Positions 51,277-64,000 of a DNA stretch of 64,000 nt are shown here, piece by piece (position 1 is the stretch's first letter; each line of letters begins with the position of its first letter). Location: the NCBI GenBank assembly GCA_025786725.1, contig JAHLTZ010000033.1, positions 1-64,000 on the forward strand. Reading direction: 5' to 3'. Source of the stretch: Syncephalis fuscata S228. Its lineage: Eukaryota; Fungi; Zoopagomycota. The position numbers were made by a program, and so were the translations under genes. The notes beneath the pieces are model-generated. The model did no database searches. It worked only from the letters and a program-made list of their open reading frames with translations, and was not told where the DNA came from.

Positions 51277-53523
51277 TTATAGGACACGCGTTTCAATTAG
51301 GCGGCGTAATTCCGGCTCCTGAAGCACTTTATCAATAGTTGGCCGCTCTGACGGTGTTGCTGCTAGTAAACGTCGAATACAACTGGCTAGGTTGTCTGAA
51401 ACGTTAGAGAAGTCACAGTCGCTAAAATCGTTACTCCGCAATTTCTGCCATGCTACTCCGTTATCTGGCATGACAACATTAATGGCCATTTCTAGAACAA
51501 TAAGTCCTAGACTAAAAATATCCGCTGGTCGATCATATTGGCCATTTAAAATCTCAGGTGCCATATACTCGCGGTCGCCTTCTCGTTCATCGCTACCATT
51601 CGTCGGATGAAATGCTGCCATGCCAAAATCGCCAATCTTTAATCGATCTTCGTCATCTAAAAAGACATTAGCCGGCTTTAAATCTAAATGAAGAATATTT
51701 AAATCATGCAGATGTTTTACGCCCTATTTCAAAGTCAAATACTGCTAGTTATTATTAATTGACCAACTTACCATTGCTATATCGGCAAAAAACAGCCAAA
51801 TCTGCGCTTCATCAATTTGCTCACTATTACAATGAATATCAAGGTAATCTTTTAATGTACCTCGAGAACAAAGCTCTGTCTGTAAGTACAGATGTCCTTT
51901 TTGTTCCCAAGCATCAAAAGTTGAATACAGTGCGGATGTTGGCCAATATGCCATAGAATCTTCACCTCTTCAAGTTGCCGCATTCTGTCGCGTGTGCCAT
52001 TAAATGGAAATTTTGTACGTTTAACCGCATAAACCTGTTGGTTTGATCGTGACCGTGTTGCAAAAGCTTCTGAAACTCGCCACAACCAAGTGTACGTATT
52101 ACAGCAAATTCCGAATCAAAATAGTCTATATAAATATCCGGCATTGATGGTGTAGCAAGATGATCATCTTCATTAGTAGGTAAAATGAACACTATTATTT
52201 GATATACGTTAGCTCATTATTATACACTAGCAGCTTTGCCTTACCTTGGCCATCTGCCTCGTCAAGTTGTTTAAAATACGGTGCCCGAAGAAAGTGTGAA
52301 AAAAGCGTAATATAATCATTAATAACTAGCTTATTAAGCTTCTTCTCCATAACAAATAAATCCTTTTTCGGCTCCTCTATATTACGCGCAACAACTAAAC
52401 GATGCAATAAACTATTAGTAGGCGGCGCATGGGTCATTGTTTCATCCTGCGATAGTAATATTTCTTCACTAGCATCATGCCATATACATGGCGATGATGG
52501 CAGATCATCTGAACTTGTTAGCACATCCGACTGTTGTGGTGGTGTGCCAGGTATCGAGCTTAGCTGTTCATTATCCGTTCGATCCTTTAAATACTGATCA
52601 AGTCGTTCATTACGATGTCGATGACGCGACACAGATAATGGCGACTCTGATCCACTATGGTCCGGTGATGGGGCCATTCTTAAGAATGATAATTCTCGAA
52701 CCGGCGATGATGGTATATTGCTCATAGATTGTACAGATGGCGGTGTACACGATCCATTATTGACCAATTGATCCGGGGAATAGGCCATTTTATCAGGTGT
52801 TACTGGATTATCATGATTTGCTGTATTTGTTTCAGTAGCCGTTGCATCTTCATCGATATGTACACGCTTACGGTCTCGCTCTTGTTCAGCAGACAAAGGC
52901 AAAAGATGCTTGAGAAAAGGCCGTGTAGATGTCTTAGGGCTCGTTGTGCTATTATACATATAAATATTAGCTTTTTGCAATAATAATAATAATAATAATA
53001 ATAGTAATAATAATAATAGTATACCATACTATATTATATTCTACTTACATGGTGTATCCAATACACGCTGACTAGGAGGTCGTGGTGATTGTAAGACGTC
53101 AGCATTCATCATCATTGCTGTTGCCGATAATGTTTTATTCTTTTTCGTTTTTGACATTAAACCAGTTGAGTTGAATGCTTTGGCATCTGGTTTAACAAGT
53201 CGTGGCGTTATAAAGTTTGGCTGTTTATCGACTCTCTTGCTGGCTGTAGCAGGTGTCGCGTCCATTCTGGCTATTGTATGTCTACGTGGCACAGGTGTAC
53301 CCAGTTCAAATTCGGTCGTAGCATTACGACTTGTATTCTCGTCTTCCTCTTCGCCTAGTAAGAGCGACTTATTAATGCTACCTTGAAATAGCTGCTTTCT
53401 AAAAGAGCCTGATAGTCTGGTTGAGGTATCCGATTCCTTTAACATTCGAGATAGCATCACATTGTTACTCCGTCGTCTATTCACAGGAGCCGGCGTGCCA
53501 AATGGCAAACCACTACTATCCAT
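51277..53523 (-). CDS. WEE1: Wee1/Swe1-family kinase
   Basis: LGCGEF, YAVKRTK, LYLQTELCSRG, HLDLKPAN, IGDFG, EGDREYMAPE, ADIFSLG and PDNGVAWQKLRSNDFS. Confidence 0.9.
52979..53019. repeat. (AAT)n microsatellite in a Wee1 intron
   Basis: Direct reading; the source of the spurious poly-Tyr ORF. Confidence 0.9.
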
Positions 53524-54003
53524 TGTGTTGAGATTCGTTCTTCAACCACTAACAAGCGAACAATCGTCGCGATCTATTCAAATGGTAGTTAAGCGCTGAT
53601 CTTGTTAATGGTGAGTGCATATAGCGTATACACACACACACGTAGATCTGACGATCAATCAGTGTTAATTGAACACTAGAGTAAGGGAAGAGCAGGATCT
53701 GTACAGAAGAAGCAGCGGTAACAACAATAAGTGTCAGTAAGTGCATACAGTAAACAAAAGTAAGCAAGGAAAAGAAAGGAATAGTAAAGTGCAGCACCAC
53801 ACAATGACTAAACCTTTTCCACTATTTTTCCTTGTATTATGACTCACCTACTAATAGATTAGTAATAAACTAATAATCAATCTACAAGATCTTACTCTGT
53901 AATAGGATCAATTGTTGAAGAAATAAGCGGACTTTAGTACAGGTGAATACAACTCAGATAATATAGCATGAAATATGGCCACATGATCAATAAAGACGCT
54001 TTT

Positions 54004-58469
<4,466 letters not shown>

Positions 58470-58657
58470 ATTGACAATAATAGTAGTAGTATTAAGTGAC
58501 GACAACGTAAAAAAATATATAACAAAAATAAAAAATTTAATCACGTCTACATTAATTAAAAGTTATTTAAATCATTTAAACTATTTAATCATTTAATAAT
58601 TGCTTTTTATTTAATGGTTAATTACTATTATGTACAACGGTAAATGCATCATCTTAT

Positions 58658-60195
58658 TTATTGGCGTCCACGAACTTCTTTAAGTAAGCCTCGTTTAAGT
58701 GCCAATTCTGCTTCTAACTTGTCGGCCATGCCTTGTAAACGTTTCTATTAATTTATTCGATTAGCACTGGTTGTCTTAATAATAGCAATAGCAATAATAA
58801 TGCTTACTTTAACAATTGGATTGGTAGCACTAGCAATATCAGCTTGTTTCTTTTGCAGACTTGTCTCCAGCTCTGACACTTCTTCTTGTAGTAATCGACG
58901 TTGTACAGATGCTTCATCATCTAAATAGAGGATCATCAATTAATACCTATTACTATACTACATGACTTGATACTTACCAGGCCCACCTTCATCGCCCTCC
59001 TCTTCATCTTCGTCATCTTCGTCGTCATCGTCATCTTCGCCGCTTCCACTGCCGCTTTCGCTGCTTTCACGGTCATCGTCTTCATCTACCTCGTGTAGAC
59101 CGTCAACACCTTCCTCAAGTTGTTCAAGACCACGACCAATTTCTGCTGCAAATCCGAGTCATATCCTTCAAGGTCAATATCACTACCGACGCTTTGGCGA
59201 TCTCGACCATCACCGTGACCATACGAGGCAAGTGGTGTATTATTGCCCATTTCATACTCTGATGGTGTAGCATGGTCTCGTAGCTCGTGTACCTCTACAT
59301 TAATTAATAAAGTTAATATTGCAATCATTACAATTATACAGCACTTGCCGTATATTACTTGTTCAGCTGCGGCATCCTTTTTCAACAATTCTTCAACTTG
59401 TCGCTCAATAATTTCTATTCTCTATTATACAATTAGCTAATCGTATATCGCCAACTACCATAAACTTGCCTGTTTTGAAACACGTTTACGAAAGCGTCGT
59501 TTACGCACATCTCTCAATGGGGCCGATAAACCATCAGGCCATGCATTACCATTACCGGTGGGTGGCCGTGATGGCTGTAATTCTGGCTGATCTCCTTCAA
59601 CTACAAGCATCTTTATAACTTATATTAATTAAATACTATTTAGTTGCAGTAATGCCACTTACTTGACAAATATCGCCTACTTTAAAAAAGTGTCGACGAT
59701 TAAATGTTTTTTGTGTTTCAATAATACACGGTAGATCGACAAGTTTAGCCCGATGCTTCTCGCCATATAGATCAAGTTGTGCGTGTCGATTATCTACAGC
59801 CAGTTTAAGACTATTTGCTAACAAGGACCAAGGTCTAGCTTACCGGTGAATTTAAAGCTAACATTATTGCCAATAGTTCGTTCACGGATATCACGCCGTA
59901 ATCGTTCGACTGTCTCGCCTGGTGGTAAGCGTAATAGGAATTGTTCTTCAGAACGTACTAGATTCTCAAGATCGTGCGGTAGATTATCGCTCATCTCTTT
60001 GCCAATAGGTTTGATACGGATACGTGGTGTAGCCGGTGGCAAGGGTGCCGACGTGCGCTGACTACCTCGACCCGCCCCAAACGGTGTCGAGGATGAAGAC
60101 GGTGTGGATCCAGTGGCATTAGAAGAGGCTAGAATCTCTTTCGGCGTCTTTATCTTTAGTCGAACGCCACCAGGTGTGCTAGGTGTAGACTCCAT
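58658..60195 (-). CDS. TAF7: TFIID subunit Taf7
   Basis: EEQFLLRLP, AKLVDLPCIIETQKT, KVGDICQML, WPDGLSAPLRDVRKRRFRKR, acidic tract and C-terminal NPIVK coiled coil. Confidence 0.92.
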
Positions 60196-60338
60196 ACTGT
60201 GTATAGAATGTATATTATTGAAAGTAGTAAAGAGTAAACAAATAAATGTAACTTTAGTAAATAATTAAAACACTTTTGTTAATTAACAGCATTTGATTAA
60301 AAACACGACACCATCCGTCTTTATTAAATATAAACCGG

Positions 60339-63033
60339 CTACAATGGCGTGGTTTCTCGTTTCAACCAAGCATAACCAGGTCCATCCTTGTTCAATAGAG
60401 GAGAGACACGCTCAAAGCATTGCTTGTGATGGTGGTCGACCCATTGGCGCTCCTCGGAACTGATCAGATTAATATCAATCAGCTTCTTTTGAATTGGTAC
60501 CTATTTACAATAATTAGCCTATATTCGATCTAATCAAGATAGCTTACCATAGTAACATTTTCAAAGCCTAGATAATCAACATCACCGAATCTTTGTGGTG
60601 TGTCGGCCTTGCGTACTAGCAATACATTTTCAATACGTATGCCAAATTGACCGTCTTCATAGTATCCCGGCTCTATTAACATCGAATAAGTATGAGTAAT
60701 GCTACTATTTAGTCATATTATAACTTACCATTGGTTATAGACATGCCGACCATTAATGGTACTTCATGGCAATAAGGCCGATAGCCAATACCTTGTGGGC
60801 CTATAAAATAATTGCTATTTAGCCATTTTATTCATAAATTATACTTTTATAATTACCTTCGTGTACATTTAAAAATGATCCTACACCATGGCCAGTGCCA
60901 TGACGATAATCAAGGCCATCTTGCCACAATGGTGCACGGGCCAATATATCAAGCGAGAATCCTGAATAAATAATAAATATGTAATTAATTAGATGGTATG
61001 ATTATTGCTATACACTCATGCCATTCGTTGTATTACCGGTAGTTGTGGCGGGGAACACGGCTCGGTCAATAGCAATATGGCCTTGAAGTACTCGAGTAAA
61101 GCATCGCTTTTCGTAATCTGTTGGTGTACCAAAGTGCAAGGTACGTGTGACATCAGTCGTGCCATCACTAAGATTTGTCATAATTAATAAATACACAAAT
61201 ATTTATATTGTTTTCTTTCATTTCTTACCGGTATTGACCGCCAGAATCACACAAATACATTTGATTACGCTTGACTAACGCGCATGTCTCTGGTTCCGGC
61301 TTGTAGTGAATAATGGCGCCATTGGCACCCGCGCCCGAAATGGTGTCAAAGCTCAAACCAACGAAATCTACTTGTTCTGCACGGAATGCTGCTAATTTAT
61401 CGGCTACATCAACTTCACTATGATGTTCATTGCCAGCCAAAAGCTCGCCTTCTAACCAGGCAAAATAATTACACTATCAAATAATACTTTTGTTAAATAA
61501 CAATAATATATCATCTACTAGTTAATGTTACCAATGCAGCAGCATCTCTTAGATGAGATTGACGCATGCCTTCAAGTTCTGCCTGGTTCTTGATGGCCTT
61601 GGACATCATAATGGGTGAACGGCCTTCTACAACATTACTCTATTATTATATTCAATTAGTATGTTTTTAATAATGTCTATTATCGTTAGTTTAGAACAAC
61701 AATTACCTTGCCAATGGCATCTTCGAGTGCAACACTGCTCGAGTAGTTAATAGTAGTTTCTATGCCATAATAAATACATGGTTAATAATAGTGCTTATTG
61801 TTTATAATGCCGTTCTGATATTTACCTCTTTGATTCGGCAATAGGAGCACTGTTGGCCACTGTGCGTAAATGAGTGAGAATACTGTGATACGGCTTAATC
61901 TGTACACTGTCACCCAAGTGTTCACGTACTTCAGCCGTGACCTTCCTCTCGTCAATATACAAAATGACTTTATCGCTGGTTACAAGACTATAGGCGAAGA
62001 ATACCGGGTTAAAGTCATATCAGAGCCACGTAAGTTAAACAGCCCTATATTATCGATGGATTAATACAAAACAGCAACCAAGCTAACTGCCATTCATTTA
62101 ATTACTTACAGGCAATTTCATCGAGTGCCGATACAACAATACCGGACAAATTGTCTTTCTTTAATTCATCACGTAATTTATGAATCTTATCAGCCATGGT
62201 TTGGCCTATTAATATTTATAATAAATTAGCTTTTAATTATATTCAATCTATTATTACTTGCCAGTATATTTGATGGGTAGAACAAAGGCTGGATGGTGTG
62301 GTCGTTCTGGACGATCATCCCAAATAACATCAATCAAATTCTCGGTAATTGTAGCAAATTGTGCACCAACACTTTCCAATGAGTCTTGAAGGGACCGTGC
62401 ATCGGCTGTAAATCACCATAATAATTACGATTAATACAGTGATTCATTTGTATTCATTACAACCTACGTGCTGTAATAAGTGTTGGATCCATGCCTACAC
62501 GCGCACCTGAAGATGCCATCTAATGATTGAACGTGTTAGCTCAATAGTCATTTATCACTGTCTATTACCTTAAGCAAATACTCTTGCCAATTGGGCACAC
62601 CTGGTAAGCCTTGCTTCATAAGAGTCCAGTTATCGTCAAGTTCCTGAGAAGCTTGCAAGAAATAGCGACCATCGGTGAATAGAGCTGCAGCATCTGTTGT
62701 GACAACTGCACAGCCTATTTGGTAACAGTTGTTAGCAGATAATGCAGTTAAGTATCTATTACTTCGTTTTACCGGCTGAACCACTGAAGCCTGAGATATA
62801 CTGACGACGCTTATCGCAAGCTGCGCTGTATTCACTCTATTGAAATGCATTAGCACGCTGTATTACTTGTTTATCTGCCTATGTTTCTTGGTTTGTCGAC
62901 CCACCTGGTGTGCATCCTCGCTAGGAATGACGTAGGCAGTCAAGTTGTAGCGAGGGTCGGCCATCAAGGCACGTAGACGGCGCAGACGGTCCGTCGTGGG
63001 CACCCTCTTTATTTCGGCAGCGTCGACCGGCAT
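60339..63033 (-). CDS. Xaa-Pro aminopeptidase P (M24B), many introns
   Basis: [65 protein letters not shown] and [16 protein letters not shown]. Confidence 0.94.
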
Positions 63034-63877
63034 GATAGCGTTGCTAGTAGTACTTGAAAGAGAAGAAGCGCTATGGAATGACCGACCTTGTTCAGCAGGA
63101 GGCTTATAAAACGATAGTTGACGAGTAGTTGACCTACTAGTCCCAAAGATACCCGAGATACAATAGGACGTTGACGCAGTCGGGGAAATAGACGCGTACC
63201 AGCAGTGGATTTATTGAAAGGCCAGAAAGGATACCGTGCCCAGAAACACATACAAATAAGCGTCGTAGTGTGCGCACGATAGATAAACAGACGCAAAAGA
63301 AAGAGAAAAAGCCTTGGGCAATCCTAAACTCACGCCTTTAGAATAGGCGATACAAGAACAATGAATGACAAATGGTATTGTGTATTCAGTTGCCATTATA
63401 ATTGAATTATTAAGTAAATATGATCATCATAAATACCATGATAATTAAACTATATAAATAACTAATTAATTAGCTAATTAGTTAATTCTATCAATATATT
63501 AATAACAGTCTATTCGTATCTATCTATTTTATTGTAAAATGTTAATTACAGGCTAAATATTTTATCTTATTTATGCAATAGCATCTGAATAAGTTTGTTG
63601 TTAGGTCGAAATTCACGCATCCAGATTAGTATTCCCCTTTAATATTCTATCGGGCGGAACTCTTTCCGGTTCTTCTTTTGTTTCTCCTTTCCTGCTTTCG
63701 CTCTTTCTCTAGTTTGGTCGGCCAAGCAAGATTAAACACACCACCTGCACTTTGCACGGCCATTCTCTTTGATTTGCCGCACGCTTGCTCATTCCTGCTA
63801 ACTACTGGTTCTAATAGGGACACCAGTTGAATCTACGCGAGTTTGTCGTCTTCTTTTCTTCAGTGATTGCACCTTCA

Positions 63878-64000
63878 ATGTTTGCCCTTCGTACTGTTGC
63901 CAACGCGTCTCGCGTCATGAGCGCTTCTGCTCGCGTCTCTTCGGCAGTTATGGTCGCCGGTAAGATGAATAGATCGAGAATAGTGCGACATTCAATAGCT
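63878..64000 (+). CDS. First exon (63878-63959) of a gene running off the window; mitochondrial-presequence-like peptide
   Basis: MFALRTVANASRVMSASARVSSAVMVA (R/S/A-rich, no acidic residues), followed by a GTAAG donor at 63960. Confidence 0.65.
   Translation, partial: MFALRTVANASRVMSASARVSSAVMVAGKMNRSRIVRHSIA

Noticed and set aside
63814-64000. Minus-strand open frame at the window end
   Set aside because: Better explained as the antisense shadow of the plus-strand exon starting at 63878.

Overview
Eukaryotic, AT-rich, intron-containing DNA (mostly ~50-70 nt GT-AG introns) from a fungus. Gene content and the secreted lectin, M36 protease and kinase-like genes suggest an early-diverging fungus, possibly Zoopagomycota; this is inference only. 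About 21 protein-coding loci are recognisable. The left ~22 kb is gene-sparse and repeat-rich: an inverted pair of secreted ricin-B lectins, a fungalysin, an NTPDase, three foldback/MITE-like elements, two solo-LTR-like repeats and a secreted prolyl-oligopeptidase homologue. The right part is dense housekeeping genes (CWC22, Wee1, mitochondrial IleRS, TAF7, aminopeptidase P). Many genes carry 1-bp deletions in short homopolymers, most likely assembly errors. The standout locus is 11270-17208. It holds an ornithine-decarboxylase (ODC) homologue whose catalytic Cys (GPTCD) reads GHTLD. Upstream is an ATG-depleted ~850-nt leader with a non-AUG uORF ending in PPW, the known polyamine-sensing signature of antizyme inhibitor mRNA. 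The unit lies between two TG...CA repeats whose 4-bp flanks are swapped, as expected if a DNA circle integrated by LTR-LTR recombination. Together this is a candidate fungal antizyme-inhibitor-like module.
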